A DNA stretch of 64,000 bases from a virus, in IMG/VR virus record IMGVR_UViG_3300028589_000001, one strand, 5' to 3'. This document shows, piece after piece, positions 1 through 9,658 of this stretch; position 1 is the first letter of the stretch, and the number at the start of each line of letters is the position of its first letter. Below the pieces are notes generated by a model. The model saw nothing but the letters and a program-made list of their open reading frames with translations, did not search any database and was not told where the DNA came from. A program made the translations under genes and the position numbers.

Positions 1-486
1 CCCGGTGCCCGGATCTTGGTAGCGGCCGTACTTGTGATCGGTCAGGGCCTTGAGGCCTACCGTCAACAACGGGCGCTTGTCTTCAGCGAACACCAACTGC
101 TGGTAGTTGATACCGTAGACCACCTGCATGTGTTCGGCGCCAGGCACCACACAGGGCAACACGTAGCCCAGGTAAATGTCGGCCTTCTTCATGCCAGTCA
201 AGGCCTTGAAGTAGGTGGCGTCGCACACGTACAGGTATTTGGTGCCCAGGCGGTTCAAGGTGCTGCCTAGTTTTGGCAGGTACTCTTTCACCGTCTTGGC
301 AGACACTTTCTTCGCGTCGTCGTATTCCAGAGTCATTGCAATGATCTGGTCCAGGGGAACACCCATACGCACAAGCGGATCGGCGTAATACGACTGCATA
401 AGGTCCTTGCGGAAGGTGGAGGCCTTCAACAGGACCGCAACTTCGTACTGGTTGCCCGTATTGGGCTTGAACAGTTCGTAACGCAC
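1..486 (-). CDS. hypothetical protein (partial, continues past window start)
   Basis: Minus-strand frame opens at GTG 486-484 behind GGAGG (rc of 491-495) and stays open to position 1 (VRYELFKPNTGNQYEVAVLLKA...). Confidence 0.35.
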   Translation of the reverse strand, partial: MRYELFKPNTGNQYEVAVLLKASTFRKDLMQSYYADPLVRMGVPLDQIIAMTLEYDDAKKVSAKTVKEYLPKLGSTLNRLGTKYLYVCDATYFKALTGMKKADIYLGYVLPCVVPGAEHMQVVYGINYQQLVFAEDKRPLLTVGLKALTDHKYGRYQDPGTG

Positions 487-494
487 TTTACCTC

Positions 495-1019
495 CTAGTC
501 GAGCAGTAAATTCAGCATCAGACGACGCTTGAACGCTTCACGACTCGGCGGGTACACGTTCAGCGTGTCTTCCAGTTCTTCCAGGTCCGGGGGAACCTGG
601 AATGCCAAGCCAGCAGCCTGATAGGCCTCGGACAGTGGCGGGCGTAGCGCCGAGGGCAAGATCTTCATGATTTCCACAGGATCGTCGCTCGACGACATGA
701 TCGCCCGTATATAGGGCATGACCAGCAGTTCTTCGTCGTCCAGTTCCTTCGCGGTGGCGATGTACTCATCCATGGATGCGTGCAGGCCTACCGGCAGCTC
801 TGGCCAGTTGATAATGCCGTGCATACCGCCCGGGCGCTTATACAACCGGCCTCGGTAGTAGAACCCGTGCACTGGGTAGTGCAGTTGGGTATCACTGGTG
901 TCAATGATCTTGTCGAGCAACGCGGCGTTGGCCTTCTTAGCCGGCGCGAATGCGTAGTCCACAATGATCTGCTGGATGCGGATTTTGACCGCGGCTGGTG
1001 ACATACGCACTCGTGACAT
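495..1019 (-). CDS. hypothetical protein (174 aa)
   Basis: Longest ORF at this locus; same strand and tight spacing as neighbouring minus-strand genes. Confidence 0.5.
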   Translation of the reverse strand: MSRVRMSPAAVKIRIQQIIVDYAFAPAKKANAALLDKIIDTSDTQLHYPVHGFYYRGRLYKRPGGMHGIINWPELPVGLHASMDEYIATAKELDDEELLVMPYIRAIMSSSDDPVEIMKILPSALRPPLSEAYQAAGLAFQVPPDLEELEDTLNVYPPSREAFKRRLMLNLLLD

Positions 1020-1023
1020 GGCT

Positions 1024-2286
1024 TTAACCTCGTGTATCGCCGGTGAAGAACATACGTTTGCGGAAACGGCTGCAACCCACGTACAGGATGCGCGCCAGTT
1101 GGCTGTTTTGACGGACCTTTTGCATGATGTTGCCCAGGTCGATGAAACCGGTGTCGTAGGTGCTGCCCTGGCTCTTGTTCACCGTACAGGCGAACGACGG
1201 GCGCAGGTCGAGCCACTGATCCTGGATTTCACGCATGGCAGTCCAATCGTCTTCCTCGCGGGCATACTTCAGTGCCTGCTTGGTAGCATCACGGCTCGAC
1301 GGCATGAACCAACCTTCACCCTTGTTGCGGATGGTCAGTCGCCAACCACTGACGTTGTGCTGGATGTCCGGCTCGACCTCGGTGATCAAGACCTCGCCGT
1401 TGTTGGCGATCATGGCCTGAGCCATTTGCTTGGTCTCGTTGGCCACCATCACCTGCCCTGGTTTCGGGTCGGTAGACCCGTGGAACACCCCGGTAAGCCA
1501 GCTGTTGTAGAACTGCACGGCGTCGTTGGTGTAGCACAGGATCTTCGTCCGGCCCCAGGTGTCGGGGTCGTTGAAGGCATCCAGTACCATGGCCTGCCAC
1601 TGCTGCAACGGGAACTTTTCCAGCACACCCGCTTCCACGAACTGGCTGAAATTGGGGTACGGTGCATTGGCCACGACAGTTTGACGCAGCGCGTTGACCA
1701 GACCAGCAACCGGACCGGTCTCGAAGCGCGTAGGCTCCGTCAGTTCGATTTCCCGGGTCTTCAGGTTGAACACCGGCATGTAGTTGGTGCCCACAGGTGT
1801 CAGCTGTGCTGGGTCACCGATGAATACGAACTTGCAGTCCTCGGTTTCACCGAAGATATGCGCCAGTAAGGCCTTGTCCACGTAGCTGACTTCGTCGACG
1901 AAGATGAGCTTGCGCGACACCTTCTTTTCCTTGGTAGGCCGCAGTACCTTTTTACCAGTGCGGTAATCCTCCATCTCCAGGCGCAGGCCCAGAGTGGAGT
2001 GGATAGTGCGCGCTTCGTTCTTGTTGCCGGTGGCAATGATCAGCGACTCGGCAGCCTGGTTGGTGGTGGCGGACAGTACCGGTTCGTAGGCCTGGAAGTC
2101 CGGGTCCAACATTTTGGCCATGGCTTCCAGCTTTGGCAGCTGAGACAAGATCTCAGCTACCAGTGTGGACTTACCGGTGCCCGAATAGCCCTTGAGCAGC
2201 ATGACTGTCTCGGTGGGGTTCAGGTAGAACTCGGTGAACGATTTGAGGCCGTCCTCCTGGCCTTTGGTGAATTTGAATTCGGCCAT
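1024..2286 (-). CDS. Dda/RecD-like SF1 DNA helicase
   Basis: Walker A GYSGTGKST near the N-terminus and helicase-like downstream motifs; AGGAGG sits 4 nt before the internal Met at 2286 (track ORF 1024..2367). Confidence 0.75.
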   Translation of the reverse strand: MAEFKFTKGQEDGLKSFTEFYLNPTETVMLLKGYSGTGKSTLVAEILSQLPKLEAMAKMLDPDFQAYEPVLSATTNQAAESLIIATGNKNEARTIHSTLGLRLEMEDYRTGKKVLRPTKEKKVSRKLIFVDEVSYVDKALLAHIFGETEDCKFVFIGDPAQLTPVGTNYMPVFNLKTREIELTEPTRFETGPVAGLVNALRQTVVANAPYPNFSQFVEAGVLEKFPLQQWQAMVLDAFNDPDTWGRTKILCYTNDAVQFYNSWLTGVFHGSTDPKPGQVMVANETKQMAQAMIANNGEVLITEVEPDIQHNVSGWRLTIRNKGEGWFMPSSRDATKQALKYAREEDDWTAMREIQDQWLDLRPSFACTVNKSQGSTYDTGFIDLGNIMQKVRQNSQLARILYVGCSRFRKRMFFTGDTRG

Positions 2287-2294
2287 GAGGCCTC

Positions 2295-3467
2295 CTATGT
2301 GTTGAAGCGTATGATGGTGCCGAACTTGCAGCGGAAGTTGTCCTTGGTGCGCCCGAAAACCAGCCAAAGTACTGGCACGCCGGGGTCGATTTTGGGGTGG
2401 CTGTACTCACCGTCGGTGAACACCACCAAGGCCGTCGGCTTGCGCTTTTTGGTCAGCTCCATCACCGGGTGGATCGATGTACCGCCACGACCGGTCATCT
2501 TGACCCGGGACAGGTCGCCGATGCTGGTGATACGGTCGATGCTGCGAATACCGTGGTCGAACTGGATCAGGTTGAGAGCCGAGGGCTTGCACTGCTTCAT
2601 GACGCCGGCCAACTCACTGATAGCCCGTAGTACATCGTGGTCACTGGTTGAACCAGATACGTCGACCGCGAAGTCCAGTTCGCTCATGGCTTCGCCCTTC
2701 AAACCAGGCAACATGATCTTGCGCCCGAAACGGCGGTTGATCTTCGCCCAGCTATAGTCCGTCTTGGCCAAGGCCTTGAAGAACTTGCGTAGGTGGTAAG
2801 CCAGCGGCAGTTTCGGTTTCAGCAGGCTATCCAGGAAAATCTGGACAGCCCCGGGCACCGATCCCGGCTGGCCTGCCATCTGTGCCGCGGCAGCTGCTTG
2901 AGACAGGATGCCGGTGATAGCGCGCTCTTTGGCGGCCAGTTCTTCAGCCGTCATGGTTTGGCCTTGGCCAAAACCACTTTGACTTGGGTCAAAGGTGCCT
3001 GGCTGGCGAATATCGTCGAAGCCGCCGCTACCGGACATTGGCTGAGCCGTCATATCCGGTAGCAGGTGGTAAACCTCTTCCGTAGTCATATCGCGGTACT
3101 TTTCATCGCACAGCCAGCCTGGAATCGGCTCAAAGCCAGACGCTTTCAACATGAGGTTAATCACGTAGTCGGCGGCATGGTTGAACCGGGTGTGATCGGG
3201 GAAACTGGCACCGCGGCAAACGTGCTGCAGCACTACGTGCATGGTTTCATGCGCCAGCAGCGTAATACGCTGCTCGGCCGGCAACTTCATGAAGAAGTCG
3301 GTGTTGATGATCAGCCACTCGCCATCGGTGGCGGCAGTTTCATAACCCGGCTCGTTGAACCGCATTTTGAGCATGAAGCAAACCGTCGTCAGGAATACCG
3401 ACTCTGGTTTACGCATGAAGCCAACCCGGGCCTTGAGCAAGGCGGCCTGGAACTCTTTGTCTTCCAT
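2295..3467 (-). CDS. VWA-domain protein with N-terminal HExxH-like (DUF2201-type) region
   Basis: HETMHVVLQH motif in the N-terminal half, C-terminal VVFTDGE-type VWA signature; lies immediately downstream of the MoxR ATPase gene; GGAG SD 7 nt before the ATG. Confidence 0.65.
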   Translation of the reverse strand: MEDKEFQAALLKARVGFMRKPESVFLTTVCFMLKMRFNEPGYETAATDGEWLIINTDFFMKLPAEQRITLLAHETMHVVLQHVCRGASFPDHTRFNHAADYVINLMLKASGFEPIPGWLCDEKYRDMTTEEVYHLLPDMTAQPMSGSGGFDDIRQPGTFDPSQSGFGQGQTMTAEELAAKERAITGILSQAAAAAQMAGQPGSVPGAVQIFLDSLLKPKLPLAYHLRKFFKALAKTDYSWAKINRRFGRKIMLPGLKGEAMSELDFAVDVSGSTSDHDVLRAISELAGVMKQCKPSALNLIQFDHGIRSIDRITSIGDLSRVKMTGRGGTSIHPVMELTKKRKPTALVVFTDGEYSHPKIDPGVPVLWLVFGRTKDNFRCKFGTIIRFNT

Positions 3468-3471
3468 TGGA

Positions 3472-3900
3472 TTACTCCGTAAGCATGCGAGTGAGGATGT
3501 GGCGCTTGCCGTACTCCCTTTGGTTGTCGTCGAAAGCAGGACCGGACAGCACAGCCGCCAACTGGTTTATGCGCTCTACAGGGTTTACGTGAGGAATGAG
3601 TTTTTTGGCCCACAGCTCACGTTCTTCGTAGTCGCCCCAGTTGAACTCACCGACCAGACCTCCGTGGTGATTGAATCTCACCGCTCTGTGGTACACAGCC
3701 ACACTTTCTGCCTTGCCCAGGAAGGTACAGGCGTTTACCGGCACACCACACTTGGCGAAATCGTCAAGGTAGGTGGCCATCAGACTGTCAGTGGTACCAC
3801 CACGGTGAGCCCAGCTGTAATCTTGGCAGTGTGTGACCGTATTGCGGAAGCTTTCGGGAGCTGAGGCATCAAACGCTTTAGGCCACACGAACAGGAACAT
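3472..3900 (-). CDS. hypothetical protein (142 aa)
   Basis: ORF on the operon strand, packed between the MoxR and VWA genes. Confidence 0.45.
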   Translation of the reverse strand: MFLFVWPKAFDASAPESFRNTVTHCQDYSWAHRGGTTDSLMATYLDDFAKCGVPVNACTFLGKAESVAVYHRAVRFNHHGGLVGEFNWGDYEERELWAKKLIPHVNPVERINQLAAVLSGPAFDDNQREYGKRHILTRMLTE

Positions 3901-4961
3901 TACAGCAGCACTTTGGCGTTGGCGTTGATCCAGGATGCCAGGTCAGGATTGGACAGCAGCGTCTTATCCTTGCGCACGGCGTTCTTCAGGGTGATCACCT
4001 GAAAGTCGCCGGGCATACGCAGGATGTATGGCATCAGGCCACCGATGGTGTCCTTGTTGATCCAGTCACCCAGCGCGCCAGACAGGCAGTACAGGGCGCC
4101 CGGGTTGTCCAGGCCAGGTTGCGGCGCCGTCTTCGGATTGGTCAGTACTTCTTCCTTGCGGGGCAGATCCAGACGCATGCTGGCGAAGGTGATGAACTCC
4201 TGCGCCGGGCCGATATTTAGCTTGCCGGCCAGCGGTACCAGTTTGCCCACCGGGTTGCCTTTCCAGACATCCAGCAGCTTGTTGGCATCCTGCCAGGACC
4301 GCGGCGCCGCGAACGGCTGGTCCGGGTTGGTGTTGTCGAAGGTGTAGAAGCAGTCGGTCTTCCACTGCAGAAACGAGGTGATGAGCGAGCGCACACCATC
4401 CGGGCCTTGGGCCCACTGCAGCCAGAAGTCGAAGTCCTCGGTGCATTCCAGCACCATCAGGCGGCTGATCAGGGCCGAAGACATGTCCTCGGTGATCGCG
4501 CCGTCGTCGTCCAGGTTGCCCGCTGCACAGATGTGCGCCTTGGGGTGCAGCTTGCGCTGACCCACCATACGGTCCAGGAAGAACTTGTACGACGCCGCTT
4601 GTACCGCACGAATGGCCGAGTTCAGCTCGTCGCAGAAGATCAGCCAGCCGTCATACTGCAAACCGGTGGCCGGGTTGACCGGCAGTTCCCAATCATCCAG
4701 CGGGAAGGTTTCGAGCGGATAGTACCGCGCGATGTTGGCCTTCTCGTCGATTTGAGGGAAGCCGTTCATGTCGGTCGGGTCGAAGCCAGCGAAGCGAGCG
4801 TCGATCACCTTGAGGTTCAACTTGGCAGCCACAGCATGGATTGCTGCGGACTTGCCGATAGCGGGGCTGCCTTGCAGGAACGGTACGAGCCCGGCCAGGA
4901 TACCGTCACGCACGTATTCGATGGATTCGCCCAGTTTTACACGCAGAATCGGGTCAAGCAT
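3900..4961 (-). CDS. MoxR-like AAA+ ATPase
   Basis: Walker A GSPAIGKSAAIHAVA; AAA_5/MoxR-like length (353 aa) and layout. Confidence 0.75.
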   Translation of the reverse strand: MLDPILRVKLGESIEYVRDGILAGLVPFLQGSPAIGKSAAIHAVAAKLNLKVIDARFAGFDPTDMNGFPQIDEKANIARYYPLETFPLDDWELPVNPATGLQYDGWLIFCDELNSAIRAVQAASYKFFLDRMVGQRKLHPKAHICAAGNLDDDGAITEDMSSALISRLMVLECTEDFDFWLQWAQGPDGVRSLITSFLQWKTDCFYTFDNTNPDQPFAAPRSWQDANKLLDVWKGNPVGKLVPLAGKLNIGPAQEFITFASMRLDLPRKEEVLTNPKTAPQPGLDNPGALYCLSGALGDWINKDTIGGLMPYILRMPGDFQVITLKNAVRKDKTLLSNPDLASWINANAKVLL

Positions 4962-4973
4962 GGTGTTACTCCT

Positions 4974-5183
4974 TTAGAGATTTTTCAGTAGTTCACGGAT
5001 GGCCTTTACGGCCTCATCAGTAGAATTGAGCCCTGCAATACGCATGTACTGCATGGCCATGGATTGAGCTGCGGCAGCGGCACCTATAGACCGCCCTGGT
5101 TGTTCGATGTGGTACTTGTCCACGAACTCACGGTAAGAGCGCCAGTACCAAGCCAACTTGTCTAACGCTTCTTCCTTGGTCAT
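4974..5183 (-). CDS. hypothetical protein (69 aa)
   Basis: Small ORF on the operon strand. Confidence 0.4.
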   Translation of the reverse strand: MTKEEALDKLAWYWRSYREFVDKYHIEQPGRSIGAAAAAQSMAMQYMRIAGLNSTDEAVKAIRELLKNL

Positions 5184-5186
5184 GGT

Positions 5187-5405
5187 TTAGGTCTGTTCAC
5201 GGGCCTCTACTGGAATACCTGTCACAAACACGCCTTCAGCGGCGCAGTCTGTGGTTGGGCACTTAATTACAGAATGTCGGCGGTCAGCTGTGGTCTTATG
5301 AGCATCAGCCAGCCCCCAGCGGAAACGCCCAAGGCACTTGGTACATTTGCCCACATAACGGAAGTCCAGATTGCTGATGCCGGGACTGAGTACTTCAATG
5401 GCCAT
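5187..5405 (-). CDS. small Cys-rich (zinc-ribbon-like) protein
   Basis: CxxC ... CPTTDC cysteine pairs in a 72-aa protein. Confidence 0.45.
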   Translation of the reverse strand: MAIEVLSPGISNLDFRYVGKCTKCLGRFRWGLADAHKTTADRRHSVIKCPTTDCAAEGVFVTGIPVEAREQT

Positions 5406-5408
5406 GGT

Positions 5409-6233
5409 TTAGTCCTTGAACAACGGGTCAACCGGCAAAGCCGGCATTTCCAGCGTGCGTTGGAAGGTCACGGTCTTGGCTACCTTTTTCAAGGTGCCGT
5501 GGACGAAGAACTGGTGCACCAAGGTGTTCAGCATGCGCACACCCAGGGTGTTCTGTTCGTAGTTCTCTACGATGGCGTTGCGAATCTCCATCTTGGCCAC
5601 GGTCTGGTCCACCGATGGCATCAACTTGAAATAGTGGTGTAGCAGGTGGCTGTCATCCAGGAAACCAAGCATCTGGTCCAGAGTGACGCGCTCCAGGTTG
5701 AATACCAGGCCTACACGGCCCAGGAACTCGGTCTTGACGCCAAACTGACGCAGCTTGTCCAGGTCCATGTCCGGGGTGCCATTGAATGCACCAGCGAACA
5801 CGAACAGCACATGCTGGATGGCGATTTCGCGGTACTTGCCGTAGTCGGCCATTACCTGGGTGGTCGGACTTTCCAGCAGCTTCAGGATCTCGTTCTGTAC
5901 ACCGATGGTGCACTCATTGGCGGCTTCGTTACCGTTGCCGCTGATAAACAGCTTGTCGAACTCGTCCATGAAGCAAACCACTGGTTTCAGCCCTGTCTCG
6001 CCCAAAGGCGCCAGTGCCTTGCTCAGCGAGTTGCCGGCCAGGCCTTCTTTGGTGATCTGCGCGCAGTTCACTTCGAAGTACTGGATATCCTGCTCACGGC
6101 AGTATTCCTGGACGGTGTGCGACTTACCGCTGCCCGACGGGCCGGTCAGCATGAAATGCGGCCGGATTACACCGTCACTGGCTTGATGGATATCAAGAAT
6201 CCGTTTGACTGCGGCAATGTTGTCGATACTCAT
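5409..6233 (-). CDS. AAA+/P-loop ATPase
   Basis: Walker A LTGPSGSGKSH and Walker B-like CFMDEFDK. Confidence 0.65.
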   Translation of the reverse strand: MSIDNIAAVKRILDIHQASDGVIRPHFMLTGPSGSGKSHTVQEYCREQDIQYFEVNCAQITKEGLAGNSLSKALAPLGETGLKPVVCFMDEFDKLFISGNGNEAANECTIGVQNEILKLLESPTTQVMADYGKYREIAIQHVLFVFAGAFNGTPDMDLDKLRQFGVKTEFLGRVGLVFNLERVTLDQMLGFLDDSHLLHHYFKLMPSVDQTVAKMEIRNAIVENYEQNTLGVRMLNTLVHQFFVHGTLKKVAKTVTFQRTLEMPALPVDPLFKD

Positions 6234-6309
6234 ACTTTACTCCTATTGAACTATTTACGGATTAACTAGAAAACTCACTTTTATGAATGAGTTTTTTTAC
6301 TTAATCTGA

Positions 6310-6498
6310 TTAATCGTTTTTCACTTTATTCAATAAAGTGTTGTGGTAACAACCAAACAGAATTCGCATTCTGTTTGGTGTCATTTTGCCTTCTTCAAGG
6401 GCAATTCTTGCTGTCTCAACAATGTCGCTGAGACTGTCCAGTGTCTGAAATACTGGATTGTGTTTTGCTTCGATTTCCTTCGGTTTAAGTTGGGACAT
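6310..6498 (-). CDS. hypothetical small protein (62 aa)
   Basis: Internal Met of track ORF 6310..6684 preceded by GGAGGG. Confidence 0.3.
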   Translation of the reverse strand: MSQLKPKEIEAKHNPVFQTLDSLSDIVETARIALEEGKMTPNRMRILFGCYHNTLLNKVKND

Positions 6499-6535
6499 AC
6501 GCCCTCCAAATAGGTGAAGGGCACTAAGTACCCTA

Positions 6536-6982
6536 CTACTGACCTTCGGCGCGCATTTGCGCCATGATTGCTTCACGCGGCGAATTGAACCACTCGGACT
6601 GCACTTCGTCACCTTCGTGCCAGTACAAGCTGTACAACATGGCGCCGTTGTGTTCGTCGTAACGCATAGTAGCTTGGCTATCAATCAGCCAATCCAACAT
6701 ACGAGAATCTGTGTACGGGTGCAGGGACTCTTGTTTCCAGCGCTGCACCAGCAACTTGGTTTCATCGCTGATGCTGATCAGGTTATTGGCATCGCGACTG
6801 ATCGGGTGGAATTCCTGACGGAAACCTTTACCTTCCGGCGACAAAGTTGGCACCTGTACGGCGACCTGGGCCATTTGCCACAGTCCTTTACCTTCCCGGT
6901 GCGCGATTTGATTATCGGTGCACCATTTGAGGAACGGTTCTACTTCGGCTACCAACAGGAAGCCTTTGATGAACTTAGACAT
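6536..6982 (-). CDS. hypothetical protein
   Basis: Track ORF 6536..7018; GGAG SD before the Met at 6982. Confidence 0.45.
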   Translation of the reverse strand: MSKFIKGFLLVAEVEPFLKWCTDNQIAHREGKGLWQMAQVAVQVPTLSPEGKGFRQEFHPISRDANNLISISDETKLLVQRWKQESLHPYTDSRMLDWLIDSQATMRYDEHNGAMLYSLYWHEGDEVQSEWFNSPREAIMAQMRAEGQ

Positions 6983-7310
6983 CTTCGTCTCCGGGGATAG
7001 GTTCGATGGGTACGCCAAGCTTCATAGAAAACCTGGCTGCCCGCATAACCGCCGCTGTGTAAGCGTTTGGTTGCTTGGCGCTGAAATCGGCCTGCCATAC
7101 TACGGTGCCATCGGTATAACGGATGTACACACTCATATGGGTACGTTCTTTGTCACCCAGTGCACACATAGTCACGCCGCCACCATTCAAGATGGTTGCA
7201 GTGACTTGAATACTGACTGGCTTAACCTGACTGTCTTCAGACAACACGGGTACTCTGAGCATTGGTTTCGACCTTTGGTGTGGCCAGCCCGTTACGGACC
7301 AGCAACTCAT
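6975..7310 (-). CDS. hypothetical protein
   Basis: Minus-strand ORF; start ambiguous (7310 or 7262). Confidence 0.35.
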   Translation of the reverse strand: MSCWSVTGWPHQRSKPMLRVPVLSEDSQVKPVSIQVTATILNGGGVTMCALGDKERTHMSVYIRYTDGTVVWQADFSAKQPNAYTAAVMRAARFSMKLGVPIEPIPGDEDV

Positions 7311-7467
7311 TGATGAAGTCGTGGCGTTCCAGCTTGCCGGCCTCTTCGTGCGGCAGGTTCATGCTGTTGTTGCCGTGTTCCCAGGCCTGGTGCAGCATGG
7401 CGCGCAACTTGCGCGAGCACAGGCCGTTGATCTTGCGGACGTAATTAACTGGTTCGAGCGAGGGCAC
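7237..7467 (-). CDS. hypothetical protein (76 aa, GTG start)
   Basis: ORF with an AAGGA SD upstream. Confidence 0.4.
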   Translation of the reverse strand: MPSLEPVNYVRKINGLCSRKLRAMLHQAWEHGNNSMNLPHEEAGKLERHDFINELLVRNGLATPKVETNAQSTRVV

Positions 7468-7843
7468 GGTTCTTTTCCTTGATGATTTCAGCGATCTTCT
7501 TTTCCTGGCGACGGGCCACGGTCACCGGGCGCGGCATGTGCTGCACGATCAGCAGGCCGCTGGTGTCAGCGTGGGTTGGTACCAGGGACACCATATGCTG
7601 GCGGTTGATGAGGTGGCCACGGACCACTTCATAGAAGCCAGTGCCATGATAGGCCAGCAGTTTCTTGCACGAGGTGCCGGACAGCATAGCTTCACGCGGC
7701 TGGTTGCTGCGCTCGTCGATGTAGATAACGTCCAGGCACTTGTCCGCCGCACGCACCGATACGATCTGGTGGGCGTGGAACGACTTCAGCACCTCTTTAC
7801 CGCGGGTTTCAGCGTATACAGCGAACTTGTTGTCCATGGTCAT
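7445..7843 (-). CDS. hypothetical protein (132 aa)
   Basis: ORF on the operon strand. Confidence 0.5.
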   Translation of the reverse strand: MTMDNKFAVYAETRGKEVLKSFHAHQIVSVRAADKCLDVIYIDERSNQPREAMLSGTSCKKLLAYHGTGFYEVVRGHLINRQHMVSLVPTHADTSGLLIVQHMPRPVTVARRQEKKIAEIIKEKNRALARTS

Positions 7844-8370
7844 TCCTTGGTTTGATTTTGTTGGGGCTCTGCGCTGGCGGATAGGGCGGCGGCAACCATT
7901 GGTTTAATTTTAACGGCAACATGGCCGGGCATCCATGGATGGCCTTCCGCACCCTCAAAGGCTTCGAGCACGGTTCGCAGCAGCTCATCCCGCTCGGCCA
8001 GCTTGGCGCGCAGGGTGACGGCCTGTTCAGCTGCGCCTTTGTAGGCATCCATCTTATGCTCAAGCTCTCGCTTTTCGCTGTCGAGGTCTACGCAGTAGCC
8101 ACGGAACTTGGCTACTCCTGCGCGCAGCCGCTCAACCTCGCCAGGATCGGCGCGGGTGTAGAGCTTGGTGCCGGGCGCAACCGTCATGCGGTCCACAAGC
8201 CAGGACAGCCCGGCGGCAGGGTCCAGCCACGCCACCGGCTCGCCCTGGTGCTGCTCGGTCAACACCGACATGATGCCTGTACCGATACTGTCGATCTTCC
8301 ACTCAAGAGCCGTCTTTTGCCATTGTTCGAGTCGTTCGCGGGATACCAGCACCATGTCATTTTTGCTCAT
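7840..8370 (-). CDS. hypothetical coiled-coil protein (176 aa)
   Basis: ORF overlapping its neighbours by 4 nt (ATGA coupling). Confidence 0.5.
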   Translation of the reverse strand: MSKNDMVLVSRERLEQWQKTALEWKIDSIGTGIMSVLTEQHQGEPVAWLDPAAGLSWLVDRMTVAPGTKLYTRADPGEVERLRAGVAKFRGYCVDLDSEKRELEHKMDAYKGAAEQAVTLRAKLAERDELLRTVLEAFEGAEGHPWMPGHVAVKIKPMVAAALSASAEPQQNQTKE

Positions 8371-8373
8371 GGT

Positions 8374-8817
8374 TTAGGCCTTTTTGGCTGGTTTCTGGGC
8401 ACGCGGCGGGCGGTTGCGCGCATCGGGACGTACCTTCGGCTTGTTGCTGGCGTAAAACGCCGGCGAATGCTTGTAGTAGACGCCCATGTGGCGGGTGTCT
8501 TTCTTGCGCTTGTATAGGGACAGCGCAGGGATTTTGCCATCCAAGTACTTCTGTACGTCGGCCGGGTTGGCGTAACCCAGGCGGCCCACGCATACAGTCA
8601 GTTCTGGCTTGGTTTCGCCGTTGTGGTAGTCGGCGTAGGCCTCTTTCAGCGCAGCCATCAGCTTCTTGGCGATCTGCGCGGTATCGAAGTCGGTGTACTT
8701 CTTCGGGTTGGCCTGTACGTCGAGGAATTGCTCGACGGCGGACAGGTTGACAGGGATGTTGGCGTTAGTGCGTTTCGGTGCTTTGTACATCTTCAGTACT
8801 CCAGTCATATTTTTCAT
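8374..8817 (-). CDS. hypothetical protein with basic C-terminus
   Basis: ORF; Lys/Arg-rich tail. Confidence 0.45.
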   Translation of the reverse strand: MKNMTGVLKMYKAPKRTNANIPVNLSAVEQFLDVQANPKKYTDFDTAQIAKKLMAALKEAYADYHNGETKPELTVCVGRLGYANPADVQKYLDGKIPALSLYKRKKDTRHMGVYYKHSPAFYASNKPKVRPDARNRPPRAQKPAKKA

Positions 8818-9328
8818 GCAGCATTGCGAATGCGGTTACAGGTACCCAGTCGTCAGGCTTTACCCAGCCTTCTTCCCAAGCAGTGCGAATGTGCCCGGAG
8901 GGCACGGATACGAACCAAATGCCTCGTTTGGCGCAGCCATCAATCACAGGGCTGTAGGCCTTGCCATCAACGACACACCACGGCTTTTGGCAGAAACCAA
9001 AACGTTCGAGTACATCGGTGCGTACTTCGCCGGGGCCCCACATTTCCAGCTGGCGCCACAGTGCAGTGTTGCCGCGCTTCTTCGGCGCCCAAAGGTCAGG
9101 CCCTACTTGTTTCCACTGGTTTGGCGTCAGCACGGACGGGTCCTTGAAGACGAAACCAGCAAAGGAACCATCATGGGCCCAGGTACGAAACTCGCTGCAG
9201 CCAAAGGCCTCAGCTACTTGGGCAATGCCCATGCGGCGGTGCGCTTGACGACGGTCCAGTGCCTGGATCATGCCGTTCAAGGCACCACCATTGACCCGAT
9301 AGTGGGTCAAGGTGATGTTGTCGCTCAT
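8765..9328 (-). CDS. hypothetical protein (187 aa)
   Basis: ORF on the operon strand. Confidence 0.5.
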   Translation of the reverse strand: MSDNITLTHYRVNGGALNGMIQALDRRQAHRRMGIAQVAEAFGCSEFRTWAHDGSFAGFVFKDPSVLTPNQWKQVGPDLWAPKKRGNTALWRQLEMWGPGEVRTDVLERFGFCQKPWCVVDGKAYSPVIDGCAKRGIWFVSVPSGHIRTAWEEGWVKPDDWVPVTAFAMLHEKYDWSTEDVQSTETH

Positions 9329-9331
9329 GGT

Positions 9332-9655
9332 TTAAGCTTTCCTTCTTTGTACGCGACGTACACGCACTTTATTGAGATTAAGTTCAGGACCGTCTTCCTC
9401 AAAACCACGACCTGGGTAACGCATTTCGTAAACTACGGATACCCGCAGAGTGTCCCCTACGTTCAACTTGTGAGCCTGTTTAGGCAATGGGGTTAAGTCC
9501 CACTCCATCAAGTCAAAGCACTCAGTTACCGCATCTAAATGCTGATAGCTGTTATTAGAGCAAGACTGTATGTATGGGTGCACTTCCCAGTGTTTTTCAC
9601 CATAGCTCGCGTCTACAAGCCGGGTAATTACAAGTAATGCTTTACCCTTGATCAT
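9332..9655 (-). CDS. hypothetical protein (107 aa)
   Basis: ORF; TAAACCATG junction with the upstream gene. Confidence 0.45.
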   Translation of the reverse strand: MIKGKALLVITRLVDASYGEKHWEVHPYIQSCSNNSYQHLDAVTECFDLMEWDLTPLPKQAHKLNVGDTLRVSVVYEMRYPGRGFEEDGPELNLNKVRVRRVQRRKA

Positions 9656-9658
9656 GGT

